The notes below the pieces were generated by a model. It ran no database searches and was not told the DNA's origin. It saw nothing but the letters and a program-made list of their open reading frames with translations. Shown here in pieces: positions 39,520 through 48,682 of a stretch of 64,000 nucleotides of DNA. The stretch is from the sequence record MK977694.1; one strand, 5' to 3'. Both the position numbers and the translations under genes were made by a program. Positions within the stretch are counted from its first letter, which is position 1, and each line of letters starts with the position of its first letter. Source of the stretch: Escherichia phage vB_EcoM-Sa45lw.

Positions 39520-39843
39520 TTAGTCTTCTATGATATCTCTATCATATCCAAGTGAAATGAGAGTTTCTTTGAAGTGTTTAATGTTCTTTTGTCTAGAATC
39601 ATTAATGAAAATGACTGGATAACGAATGTTAAGAGATGTGAATCCAGCGCGTTTAGCAAGAGATACAATCAGCGGACGATCATACTCAATCTTACCATTA
39701 TTTGTAAGAACTTTATAGAAAGTAAAAGGAGCATTGAGCTCCTTTAGAAGTTTTGTAACTGATTGACATCCAGGACAACGACCAACTTCATCTGGAATTC
39801 CGTAGACTTCAATCTTATTCTTTAAGTTCGAGTTTTGTTCCAC
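39520..39843 (-). CDS. glutaredoxin-like protein (NrdH-position)
   Basis: CPGC redox motif; GTG start proposed at 39843; track N-terminal extension overlaps neighbour. Confidence 0.5.
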   Translation of the reverse strand: MEQNSNLKNKIEVYGIPDEVGRCPGCQSVTKLLKELNAPFTFYKVLTNNGKIEYDRPLIVSLAKRAGFTSLNIRYPVIFINDSRQKNIKHFKETLISLGYDRDIIED

Positions 39844-40126
39844 GAGAAATAATTCCTTGGTAAGCCCAATAAGGAGGATTAACAGAATCCTCACCAGAGT
39901 TTTCTTCAGGAAAATAAACCTGGATAACGAAGCCGGATTCATCAAAGGTGAAATAAGTAGTAGGCAGTTCACCTAACAAATCGGCACGGGCGTTGATTTC
40001 TTCGAGGTCTTGTTCACGTCCAGCCCAGAAGCTTGGGTTCAGACTACATTCATAGAAATAATAGTCATTACCGAACATATCAAAACCATTCCAACTCTCT
40101 ACTACATACCGCTCAAAACTAATCAT
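39815..40126 (-). CDS. hypothetical protein
   Basis: 103-aa ORF. Confidence 0.55.
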   Translation of the reverse strand: MISFERYVVESWNGFDMFGNDYYFYECSLNPSFWAGREQDLEEINARADLLGELPTTYFTFDESGFVIQVYFPEENSGEDSVNPPYWAYQGIISRGTKLELKE

Positions 40127-40128
40127 AA

Positions 40129-40344
40129 TTAAGCCTTTTTATCAAGAACAGCATTCAGCTTGTTAGTAATTTTATCCAGACGCTTATTGAACTCACTAGA
40201 AGATAAGCCCTTTTCTGGAGAAATTAAACTAATCACGAAAAATATAGCAATAAAAGGAATAAGGAAAATAGCTCCAACTGCCATAAACAGAAAGAATGTT
40301 ACAGTTGTAAGAAAATCAGCTAAACCTTTACGAAATTTATACAT
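40129..40344 (-). CDS. small membrane protein
   Basis: 71-aa ORF with one TM helix. Confidence 0.5.
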   Translation of the reverse strand: MYKFRKGLADFLTTVTFFLFMAVGAIFLIPFIAIFFVISLISPEKGLSSSEFNKRLDKITNKLNAVLDKKA

Positions 40345-40459
40345 ATTTTACCCTTAATTAATTAACCAAGCATTGATAAGCACTAAACTATATTGCGAAT
40401 AAAATTCTGGACCAAAATGAAAAATCATATCATTTATAGTATCCATAATGTAATTCAAT

Positions 40460-40930
40460 TTAATCATGTTTCCACACCCCATCGGTATTTGACCAAAGTC
40501 GCTGATTATCTGATCCTCGCCACAGCTTTTTGGTCGGAAGATTTTTCTCATACTTCCCATCAATAATAACATCAACATATTTAAGCATTTCTAGTTGTTT
40601 AATATCTTCAAACTTATATCCTGTCCACAACCAAATGCTTTTATTGGGATAAAGATTTTTAATAGTTTGAACCACAGAGTGAATCATGTCTCTGTTATCA
40701 GGATAAAGAGGGTCACCCCCAGTTATAGTTAATCCTTCTATATAATCATTATTCAAACATTCAATTAATTGCTCTAGTGTCTCTCCAGTGAATGGAATAC
40801 CATTTCTAGCATTCCATGTTGATTTATTATAACACCCTTCGCATTTATGCAAACAACCTGTAACGAAAAGAACGACCCTGCAACCAGGGCCATTCACAAA
40901 ATCGCAAGGATAAAATCTATCATAATTCAT
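40460..40930 (-). CDS. nrdG: anaerobic RNR activating protein NrdG (radical SAM)
   Basis: 156-aa ORF; CLHKCEGCYN Fe-S motif. Confidence 0.9.
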   Translation of the reverse strand: MNYDRFYPCDFVNGPGCRVVLFVTGCLHKCEGCYNKSTWNARNGIPFTGETLEQLIECLNNDYIEGLTITGGDPLYPDNRDMIHSVVQTIKNLYPNKSIWLWTGYKFEDIKQLEMLKYVDVIIDGKYEKNLPTKKLWRGSDNQRLWSNTDGVWKHD

Positions 40931-42744
40931 TGGTGTTTAACCCTATGCATGATTTCTTTATTTTTACCGAGATTAAATCCACGTTCGTTCGGATTTCCCA
41001 AATAACCACATGTTCTTCTTATTGTGTTCATCTTTTTAGGATCAGTTTCTCCACAGATAGAACAAACAAATCCGTTTTCAGTAGGAGTCATTTCATGGGT
41101 ACTTCCGCATGTAAAACATTTATCTACCGGCATATTAACACCAAAATAATCTAAATGTTGTGCAGCATAATCCCAGACAGCCTCAAGACCCTTTAAATTG
41201 TTTTTCATATCTGGAAGTTCAACATAAGAAATGTGACCGCCTGTCGCAATGAAATGATACGGCGCTTCGCGAGAAATCTTTTCAAACGGAGTAATATTTT
41301 CTTCTACTGAAACATGGAAACTGTTAGTGTACCAGCCTTTATCGGTAACATCCTTTACACTTCCATATTTTTCGGTATCGAGTTTACAGAAGCGATAACA
41401 AAGGTTTTCAGCAGGAGTCGAATATAAACTAAAAGCAAATCCGGTTCTTTCAGTCCACTGCTTAAGACGAGCATTCATTTTAGTTAAAATTTCTTGTCCA
41501 ATATCACGACCGACAAGAATATTCAATTCATGAATACCAATGTATCCTAAAGACACTGAACTTCTGCCGTTTTTAAATAACTCAATTATATCGTCATCAG
41601 GTTTAAGACGAACCCCGAATGCACCTTCTTGGTAAAGAATAGGAGCAACAGTCGCTTTAACTCCTTTTAAGGAACTAATTCTACACATCAAAGCTTCAAA
41701 ACATAAATCCATTCGCTCATTGAACAATTCGATAAATTTCTGTTCATTGAACTGTGTTCCAATATAAGAATCTAATGCGATACGAGGAAGATTCAGTGTT
41801 ACAACACCAAGATTATTACGGCCGTCAAGAATTTCATTACCGGTTGAATCTTTCCACACGCTCAAGAAACTACGACAACCCATTGGAGAAACAGGAATAG
41901 ATGAGCCAGTGATAGCTTTATTGTTCTTAGCTGAAATAATATCAGGATACATTCTTTTGCTTGCGCACTCTAGAGCAAGCTGTTTAATATCATAGTTCGG
42001 GTCGTCTTTATAAAGATTAACACCTTCTTCAACGAACATAACAAGCTTAGGGAAAATAGGAGTTATCCCATCACGACCGAGACCTTTAATACGATTTTTC
42101 AGAATTGCTTTCTGAATCATTCGTTCAGTCCAGTCAGTTCCCGTACCAAATGTAATTGTTACAAAAGGAGTCTGTCCGTTTGAACTAAAGAGAGTATTTA
42201 CTTCATATTCATAAGCTTGGAATGCATCGTATACGTCTTTTTCTGTTTTAGATTGAGCATAATTCAACGCATCAGCGATTTGCCATTTTTCTGCATCTTC
42301 AATATGTTTTGCATAGGTGCGTTTAACATAAGGAGAAAGTACTTTATCTACATTAGCAAAAGTCGTTCCGCCGTATTGATGGGAAGCAACCTGTGCAGTA
42401 ATTTGTGCCATAATTGCAGTAGCAACACCGATTGATTTAGGAGTTTCAATCTGCGCATTACCTAGCTTAAATCCGTTCTCAAGCATTCCTTTTAAATCTA
42501 CTAAACAACAATTAGTAAATGGAAGAGCAGGGGAATAATCAATATCATGGAAATGAATAATTCCGCTTTCATGCGCTTTCATAATAAAAGACGGGACCAT
42601 ATTTTTGGCAATGTGCTTAGACACAATACCAGCCATAAGGTCCCGTTGAGTTGGAAAAACACGAGAATCTTTATTAGCATTCTCGTTTAAAAGGTCTTTA
42701 TTAGTTTTATGAATCAATCCTTCAATTTCTTTTTCAATTGTCAT
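40927..42744 (-). CDS. nrdD: anaerobic ribonucleotide reductase NrdD, intronless
   Basis: 605-aa uninterrupted ORF; C-terminal glycyl-radical motif RRTCGYLG. Confidence 0.93.
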   Translation of the reverse strand: MTIEKEIEGLIHKTNKDLLNENANKDSRVFPTQRDLMAGIVSKHIAKNMVPSFIMKAHESGIIHFHDIDYSPALPFTNCCLVDLKGMLENGFKLGNAQIETPKSIGVATAIMAQITAQVASHQYGGTTFANVDKVLSPYVKRTYAKHIEDAEKWQIADALNYAQSKTEKDVYDAFQAYEYEVNTLFSSNGQTPFVTITFGTGTDWTERMIQKAILKNRIKGLGRDGITPIFPKLVMFVEEGVNLYKDDPNYDIKQLALECASKRMYPDIISAKNNKAITGSSIPVSPMGCRSFLSVWKDSTGNEILDGRNNLGVVTLNLPRIALDSYIGTQFNEQKFIELFNERMDLCFEALMCRISSLKGVKATVAPILYQEGAFGVRLKPDDDIIELFKNGRSSVSLGYIGIHELNILVGRDIGQEILTKMNARLKQWTERTGFAFSLYSTPAENLCYRFCKLDTEKYGSVKDVTDKGWYTNSFHVSVEENITPFEKISREAPYHFIATGGHISYVELPDMKNNLKGLEAVWDYAAQHLDYFGVNMPVDKCFTCGSTHEMTPTENGFVCSICGETDPKKMNTIRRTCGYLGNPNERGFNLGKNKEIMHRVKHQ

Positions 42745-43214
42745 TTTAAACTCTTTCTAAGCTGCTTCTTAAATGAAGCTATTAATTGTGTTTTGGTGTC
42801 AGATTCATTATATTCAAATCCTCTTTGAAGCATCTCGGCCATCATTTCCTCTTTTCCTAAACGAGAAAATTCCTTTGATTTATCTCCAACAAAGTTAGGG
42901 TGAATATTATTTTTGGTGTAATCGGATTTTAAATAAGTAAGTAAATTTTCTAACCATTCAAGATAATCAACACCTTGTCCCTTTAAGCCAGAACGATTAA
43001 ATTTATGCTTCATTTGACCTTCTGCGGCATTACAGAGATTACAAAGCAATCCACGCACCTTTCCTGCTTTCGGTCCATTTAATTCATGGTCATGGTCGAG
43101 GTGATTAGCTTGAACATCAGGATTTAGTTCTCGTTGGCAAATTAAACATTTACCATTTTGTGCATCATAAAATTTCTGTTTTTCTTCTTTGTATAATTTG
43201 CCAGTCAATAACAT
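42741..43214 (-). CDS. 49: endonuclease VII gp49 (Holliday junction resolvase)
   Basis: 157-aa ORF; CLIC...HLDHDH...CNLCN zinc/HNH-like motifs. Confidence 0.9.
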   Translation of the reverse strand: MLLTGKLYKEEKQKFYDAQNGKCLICQRELNPDVQANHLDHDHELNGPKAGKVRGLLCNLCNAAEGQMKHKFNRSGLKGQGVDYLEWLENLLTYLKSDYTKNNIHPNFVGDKSKEFSRLGKEEMMAEMLQRGFEYNESDTKTQLIASFKKQLRKSLK

Positions 43215-43219
43215 AATAA

Positions 43220-43244
43220 ACCCTTACCTTAAATAGATAAGGGT
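43220..43244 (-). promoter_or_regulatory. stem-loop sequestering the gene 49 ribosome-binding site
   Basis: acccтta stem arms around an 11-nt loop; AAGG/TAAGGG RBS lies in loop and 3' arm. Confidence 0.45.
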
Positions 43245-43255
43245 ATTTATTATTT

Positions 43256-43432
43256 TCAAGTATTGTAAAAGGCTCGATGCAATCGCTTATACTGCCGAAT
43301 CATCTTTTTAGTAGGACGAGAATAGGTTCCTACGCAAGTGGTCATATGAGGGTCCGTAGAATGTCCTTTAATAAAAAGTTTCCAAACCTTACCGCCATTT
43401 AACTTTTCAGTATAAATCAATTCAGTTTTCAT
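43256..43432 (-). CDS. small hypothetical protein
   Basis: 58-aa ORF; TAATG overlap with upstream stop. Confidence 0.4.
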   Translation of the reverse strand: MKTELIYTEKLNGGKVWKLFIKGHSTDPHMTTCVGTYSRPTKKMIRQYKRLHRAFYNT

Positions 43433-43878
43433 TAAAACGCTCGGTCAGAAAAAGATTTTTGAGTTTCAAGCCATTCAATATATTCTGCGGCAGCTTGCAT
43501 CAGGTTACCTTCATAGCCATCGTTATTTTCTTGCGCAGCTAATTTAGCTAATGCGTATGAAATACGTTCACCTTGAAAATCGGCTTTAGGCTTCTGAACA
43601 ACTTGATTAGTTCGCTCTACAACTTCTTCAATTTCGCCATTTTCGACTGATTCAGTATTCCACAAGCACCAATACGTAATTGGCTTATCGTAGATGTTAA
43701 TAATCTTTCCATCAGAAAGTTCAATTTCAATAATTCCAGTGTCAGGCTCTATATCATCTTCACATTCTTTTGCAAGTTCACGAACTTTAAAGACAGTACC
43801 TGCGCTAAGTTCCGGCCAGTAATTACACAGCCCTGTATCAGCACGATTAATTCTAAACCACTTATCTACTGTAATCAT
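43432..43878 (-). CDS. hypothetical protein (pin-position)
   Basis: 148 aa from ATG at 43878; track ORF starts at upstream TTG. Confidence 0.5.
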   Translation of the reverse strand: MITVDKWFRINRADTGLCNYWPELSAGTVFKVRELAKECEDDIEPDTGIIEIELSDGKIINIYDKPITYWCLWNTESVENGEIEEVVERTNQVVQKPKADFQGERISYALAKLAAQENNDGYEGNLMQAAAEYIEWLETQKSFSDRAF

Positions 43879-44017
43879 GTCCCATCTCCATATCAATTAA
43901 GTCATTTATCGTTGGTTCATTATATATTGTTTCTTCATCAGTGTAAACCGGTTCTTCCGGCTCTGGCTCTGCAGTTTCCCATCTAGCCGCCCACCAAGGT
44001 TTTATAGCGTAATCCAT
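43862..44017 (-). CDS. small acidic protein (tentative)
   Basis: 51-aa ORF overlapping both neighbours by about 16 nt. Confidence 0.3.
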   Translation of the reverse strand: MDYAIKPWWAARWETAEPEPEEPVYTDEETIYNEPTINDLIDMEMGHDYSR

Positions 44018-44322
44018 TCTCGTACTATCTGAGTTACTACACGTTCACGGGGCTCGACTAGTTCAACAGTCGGAACTGCATAATACCAGTCAGAATGATA
44101 AGAACCTGACCGAGATTCATTTACCGCTACATGTACATTATGTTTTGGACTAAAGTAAACACACTGACGATATTGACATTTACCATCTTGCACCCAGTCT
44201 TCTATTTCGACAGGTTTAAGATAATCGGAAAAATCGAAATCATAGTTTTCCGAAAATGCATCATGGTCTTCAATGATTTCGCTCAGAACTGCATCAACAT
44301 CTAATTTATTTTCAATAGTCAT
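44002..44322 (-). CDS. hypothetical protein (49.x)
   Basis: 106-aa ORF. Confidence 0.5.
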   Translation of the reverse strand: MTIENKLDVDAVLSEIIEDHDAFSENYDFDFSDYLKPVEIEDWVQDGKCQYRQCVYFSPKHNVHVAVNESRSGSYHSDWYYAVPTVELVEPRERVVTQIVREWITL

Positions 44323-44332
44323 TTTTCACCAA

Positions 44333-44542
44333 TTAATTTCGCAATTTATTAAGTTCTTCATCATCAATCCAGGATTCTAGTCCTGATGGCAGGTCACATT
44401 CAATTTCCCAAAGAAGTTCTTCAATTTTCTGAAGACGATCTAGTTCTTCGGCTGGAATAGTAACCATTGACGGAGCTCGTGATACATTAATATCGTAAAT
44501 CATATTTACCCCAGTTTGACCATGCAATCGCCGTATTTCCAC
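44333..44542 (-). CDS. hypothetical protein
   Basis: 69-aa ORF. Confidence 0.5.
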   Translation of the reverse strand: MEIRRLHGQTGVNMIYDINVSRAPSMVTIPAEELDRLQKIEELLWEIECDLPSGLESWIDDEELNKLRN

Positions 44543-44721
44543 TTAGAAATAGACTTTTCACCATTAGAATAATAAACTTCGAGTTTAGCACGATTATTTT
44601 TAATTTGAATAACCTTGGCTGTCATCAAAGTTCCATACCCATAATAAACTGCAACCTCATCACCTACATATACCGCGCTTCCGCGGTAGTCATGGATATA
44701 ATCGGTTCCTTCGAGCATCAT
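44506..44721 (-). CDS. hypothetical protein
   Basis: 71-aa ORF. Confidence 0.5.
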   Translation of the reverse strand: MMLEGTDYIHDYRGSAVYVGDEVAVYYGYGTLMTAKVIQIKNNRAKLEVYYSNGEKSISKWKYGDCMVKLG

Positions 44722-44981
44722 TTAAAGTATTCCCGCAATTGGTCAAATCCACCAATATGACTTCCATCTGGAGCGAATACCTGCGGCATTGTCAATCCAA
44801 TTTGAGTATCACGACCTAGTTTAGTCAGAAGCTCAGCGATTTTCTCATCATCAAAAACACCTTTTTCCGGCATAATGTTAATAAATTCAAACGGCTGTTT
44901 CTTCACGGTCAAAAGACGTTTTGCATTATCGCAATACACACATTTATGAATGTTGCTATCATAACCATATACTTTAAACAT
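44718..44981 (-). CDS. nrdC: glutaredoxin/thioredoxin NrdC
   Basis: 87-aa ORF; CVYC active site. Confidence 0.88.
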   Translation of the reverse strand: MFKVYGYDSNIHKCVYCDNAKRLLTVKKQPFEFINIMPEKGVFDDEKIAELLTKLGRDTQIGLTMPQVFAPDGSHIGGFDQLREYFK

Positions 44982-44982
44982 A

Positions 44983-45225
44983 TTATTCCTTAATTCCTAG
45001 TACTTGTTTAAAAGTCTCGTCGTAATCAAGACTTTGGCCCGTTTGTTCTTTATGTTTGTATATAATATCACTTACTTCTGATAGCATATTTTTGTATGAA
45101 CGAGTTACAGCAGATTTAAGCACGCTGTATCTATCAGGAAATTTACCATGTTCATTATAATAAGCTATTGCTAATTCACGGACTGCCTTTTCAGCAGCCT
45201 CCATATATTCTTTACGCTTGGTCAT
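44983..45225 (-). CDS. hypothetical protein
   Basis: 80-aa ORF. Confidence 0.5.
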   Translation of the reverse strand: MTKRKEYMEAAEKAVRELAIAYYNEHGKFPDRYSVLKSAVTRSYKNMLSEVSDIIYKHKEQTGQSLDYDETFKQVLGIKE

Positions 45226-45227
45226 TT

Positions 45228-45617
45228 TTAATCCAAAATATTATTAGGCATTGGTTGAACACTCACAAGTTCTTTAAAGAACTCAGTAGAGTCAGGCAAT
45301 TTAACCATTTCCGGAGCATGCTTACTGAATTTATGTTTACATTGACGGCATTTATATTCAAGCTCTGGTTTACGCCAGTTAATCAATTGAACTTGTTCAG
45401 TACCGCATTCAGGGCAATTAGGAACGTTTTTAGAAGCTCTTTCACGTCGTTCAACCATAGCCATAATAGCATCCCATGCTGGAGGTTTAAAATCTAAATC
45501 ATCGCAGCCGTGAATCTTTCCACGCATTTCCATATCATCTTCCTCACCAGCCATAATAATTTTAATTAGACTAGAATTACTTGAAGCTGCAATGTCTTCT
45601 AATAAACGCTTTTTCAT
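45228..45617 (-). CDS. zinc-ribbon protein
   Basis: 129-aa ORF; CPECG...CRQCKH. Confidence 0.55.
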   Translation of the reverse strand: MKKRLLEDIAASSNSSLIKIIMAGEEDDMEMRGKIHGCDDLDFKPPAWDAIMAMVERRERASKNVPNCPECGTEQVQLINWRKPELEYKCRQCKHKFSKHAPEMVKLPDSTEFFKELVSVQPMPNNILD

Positions 45618-46543
45618 TTCAATACCTCAATAGCATTACGTAAACCATTTGCTTTGGCGGTTAAAGCCTTAAGAACTTTAGTATGCTCTTCAATTTGTTT
45701 TTCAACTTCAGTCAAACGGGCATTGAGATATTCACGTTCTTCACCCAGATTATCAACCTTTTCTACTTTAGGCTCTTTTACAACTGTCTTATATGTATTA
45801 GGGTTCTTCAGTTTAATTAGAATGCGTGAACTGTATAACATTGAACCATTATCTTCGGTTTCGTCATACATTTCCACTACGTCCATAATTTTTAACATCA
45901 TGCGGAGTTTATAAGACAACGAACGAATAGTTTTGTTGTGCTTATTAATTTCTTTAGCTGTCATGGTGCCGAGATTACGTGAGTAATAATAAGGAACCTG
46001 GATATTAATTAATACTGATGAACCACCTGGCTTGTGTGTTACTTCATCAGCAATAACCCAATCCTTAACATGAACTGTATTTGTACGGTCATCGCCCGCG
46101 GTAAATAGTTTACGAGCATGCTTAAAAAGCATATTCACTTGGTCATTGAATTGACAAGCGAATTTATCAGCAAATTTAGTTTCGGGAATGGTAGATAACC
46201 AATCAGCCAAATGAGTCTTTTTAACATCGTTAACAATAGTAAATTCAACCAAATCGGTTATAGATGTCTCAGATTTAATGAAGCTCGGCTTCATAAAGTT
46301 TTTAATGTTATCGCGAGCTACAGTAGAAGATAACATACGAGAACGTTTAAACCATTCAAGCAAATTGCCTAACGAATGAGAATAAGCGTTTTGAGTATCT
46401 TTACAGATATGATTTTCCTGGCCAACATATTGAAGGAAATCACGAAGAATATTATTGATTACTGCTCTGTGTCCTATCTGATAATTACGATGTTTAGTAA
46501 TAAGACTGTCAAAATAATCAATATAATGTTTACGAGTTTTCAT
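45614..46543 (-). CDS. coiled-coil-tailed protein, paralog A
   Basis: 309-aa ORF; MKTR N-terminus; C-terminal heptad-rich coiled coil. Confidence 0.6.
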   Translation of the reverse strand: MKTRKHYIDYFDSLITKHRNYQIGHRAVINNILRDFLQYVGQENHICKDTQNAYSHSLGNLLEWFKRSRMLSSTVARDNIKNFMKPSFIKSETSITDLVEFTIVNDVKKTHLADWLSTIPETKFADKFACQFNDQVNMLFKHARKLFTAGDDRTNTVHVKDWVIADEVTHKPGGSSVLINIQVPYYYSRNLGTMTAKEINKHNKTIRSLSYKLRMMLKIMDVVEMYDETEDNGSMLYSSRILIKLKNPNTYKTVVKEPKVEKVDNLGEEREYLNARLTEVEKQIEEHTKVLKALTAKANGLRNAIEVLK

Positions 46544-46595
46544 GTTCTTCTCACTTGGTTAATGATTTATACTCCGAGCCATCCTTGGCTTTAAA

Positions 46596-47597
46596 TTACT
46601 TAATTAACTGTAAAGCTTGTTCAAGACGATCCAGGCGATTAACAGATTCTTCCCAAATCCTTTTAGCCTGCTCATATTCTTTCTGCGCTTTATTAGAAAT
46701 TTCTAGAACTTCTTTATAAGCTTTTTCTAGTGCAATAACTTCTGGACGAATTTCTACCGGTTCAGGTGAATCATCAAGACATTCCATTAGTTCCTCAAGG
46801 GTAGTTTCTTCTTTAGGAGTATTCACAATTTCATCACATTTTTGTTGGTAAATTTCTTTACTAGTAGGTGAATAAGTACATTTCACTTCACGAAGACTAA
46901 CTACAATTTTATATCCTTCCCAACCGCATATATTCTTAAAAGGATATGTATGAATATTTTCTACTGTTTCCATACAAAGTAATGCGGTCTCTAATTGACG
47001 AGTTATAGTGCTAGCAATTGAGAAAAATTTATTAATGTTCTTTTGGTTAGTTTCTGGTGTAAAAAATCCATAATTCACAAAAATAGCTACTTTATTTTTA
47101 TCAAGTTCATATTCTTTTATGATAATCATATCAGAAGCCAAAGGATGAATTTGACGATAATCGCCATAACATAATTTAGAAGCTGATTTTAGAATTTGCT
47201 TCTTGAAAAGTCTGAAATTACTAATCCAACGACGAGTAAAAATATTCTCAGGGTCTTCTTTATTATTGAGATGATAAGAATTAACATCACCGAACCAATT
47301 ATATCCTACTACATCTTTAGTTCGTTTAATTTCTTTCCCAAAATTACCAAGAATATCCCGATTAACCAAATATGAAAGAAGACGAGACTCTTTAAAGGTT
47401 TTCTTGATAACATCTTTATCTACACGGCTAGAAATTTTACGAATTTCATGAATAAATTTAGTAGAAGAAACAATACTTGCATCAACACTATTGAGCCATT
47501 GATTGATAATAGAAAGAACGATATTTTGACCAAACATCGGTATAGCTTTATCATCAATAACGCTATTGAATGATTTGATATATTCGTTACGAGTCAT
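46596..47597 (-). CDS. coiled-coil-tailed protein, paralog B
   Basis: 333 aa from ATG at 47597 with GGAG RBS; MTR N-terminus. Confidence 0.6.
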   Translation of the reverse strand: MTRNEYIKSFNSVIDDKAIPMFGQNIVLSIINQWLNSVDASIVSSTKFIHEIRKISSRVDKDVIKKTFKESRLLSYLVNRDILGNFGKEIKRTKDVVGYNWFGDVNSYHLNNKEDPENIFTRRWISNFRLFKKQILKSASKLCYGDYRQIHPLASDMIIIKEYELDKNKVAIFVNYGFFTPETNQKNINKFFSIASTITRQLETALLCMETVENIHTYPFKNICGWEGYKIVVSLREVKCTYSPTSKEIYQQKCDEIVNTPKEETTLEELMECLDDSPEPVEIRPEVIALEKAYKEVLEISNKAQKEYEQAKRIWEESVNRLDRLEQALQLIK

Positions 47598-47625
47598 AAT
47601 AATCTCCTCAGTAGAAAGTAAGAAC

Positions 47626-47655
47626 ATTATACCACATCCTTGTGGTAAAGTAAAC
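47626..47655 (-). promoter_or_regulatory. T4-type early promoter
   Basis: Near-identical to the promoter at 2418..2447. Confidence 0.7.
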
Positions 47656-48674
47656 TAGTTCAGTGCATTTAATGCATTGTTCAGTTTAGAACGTTGCTTC
47701 GTGAGATTTTTGACTTTTTCTTGTGCTTTTTCTAGCATCTTTTCAGCTTCTAACACTTCATTGGTCGCTTTAACGAGTTCATCATCTACTGCCTTAAGGG
47801 ACTTCTCAATCGCATCCGCGTGCCATTTTTCAACAGGTTTAAGACTCGGATTTTCAATAGGAAGAAAATTCACTTTATTGAATTTCCATGCATCTTTATT
47901 ACCTGAACTATACATCCAAAATTTAGGATCATTTGACGAGTAATTAGATAAATTTAAGGTATCTTGTACTTCCTGCTTTTTCTCTTGTGTAACTTCGTCC
48001 TTTCTCAAAAAATCGTATTTAAATGAAACGATCATATCAAGTTCATATGTTGTTGTGTCTAATTTAAATCGTTCGAAATGCTGTGAAATCTTAGACTGAA
48101 CTGCAGCAACAACATCCATATACTTAAATGCTTCTGTCAGCTGTGATTTAAGGCATTCACAAATTGAAAGAGAATTTTTTGTATTAGGTTTAAAGCTAAT
48201 TCGTGCAGTTCTATTATTTTCTTTTAATGGTCTTACTTCCATCTGAAGAGTATAACCATCAAATTTCAGATTCTTTAAGTTAATATCAGAGCCTTTTAAT
48301 CGACTAGCCGTCGACAAAATTTGCTTTAATTGTTTACGGAATAGAGCAATAAATCTCCACTCAAGACGATAATGATTTGGATTAAAAAATCCAGATGATA
48401 AATCGACCTTACTCTGACCAACACCTTGAACAAACAGAGGATTTTTATAATCAATAGTTTTACAGAAATCGGTGAGCTGCTCACGAGCAGTCATTTGTGT
48501 AATATACCCCGCTTTACTAAAATGACGTAACCATTCACTGCTATTCATATATTTAAAGTGAATATCACGATTAACTTTATCAGGGTCTAAATTATTTTGG
48601 CACAAAAATGTCATAACATCACGAGTATAGCTGGCATTACGAACCATATCTTCAATTTGAGAACGAGTTTTCAT
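47655..48674 (-). CDS. coiled-coil-tailed protein, paralog C
   Basis: 339-aa ORF; MKTR N-terminus. Confidence 0.6.
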   Translation of the reverse strand: MKTRSQIEDMVRNASYTRDVMTFLCQNNLDPDKVNRDIHFKYMNSSEWLRHFSKAGYITQMTAREQLTDFCKTIDYKNPLFVQGVGQSKVDLSSGFFNPNHYRLEWRFIALFRKQLKQILSTASRLKGSDINLKNLKFDGYTLQMEVRPLKENNRTARISFKPNTKNSLSICECLKSQLTEAFKYMDVVAAVQSKISQHFERFKLDTTTYELDMIVSFKYDFLRKDEVTQEKKQEVQDTLNLSNYSSNDPKFWMYSSGNKDAWKFNKVNFLPIENPSLKPVEKWHADAIEKSLKAVDDELVKATNEVLEAEKMLEKAQEKVKNLTKQRSKLNNALNALN

Positions 48675-48682
48675 GGTGTTCC

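Noticed and set aside
39844-39972. N-terminal 40-residue extension of the glutaredoxin-like ORF (track 39520..39972)
   Set aside because: It overlaps the 3' end of the upstream 103-aa gene in another frame and is hydrophobic low-complexity; a GTG start at 39843 with an AAGGA RBS is more plausible.
40354-40578. 74-aa ORF overlapping the 3' end of nrdG
   Set aside because: It overlaps nrdG by about 120 nt in another frame; only a roughly 37-aa C-terminal part is non-overlapping. Not enough support for a gene.
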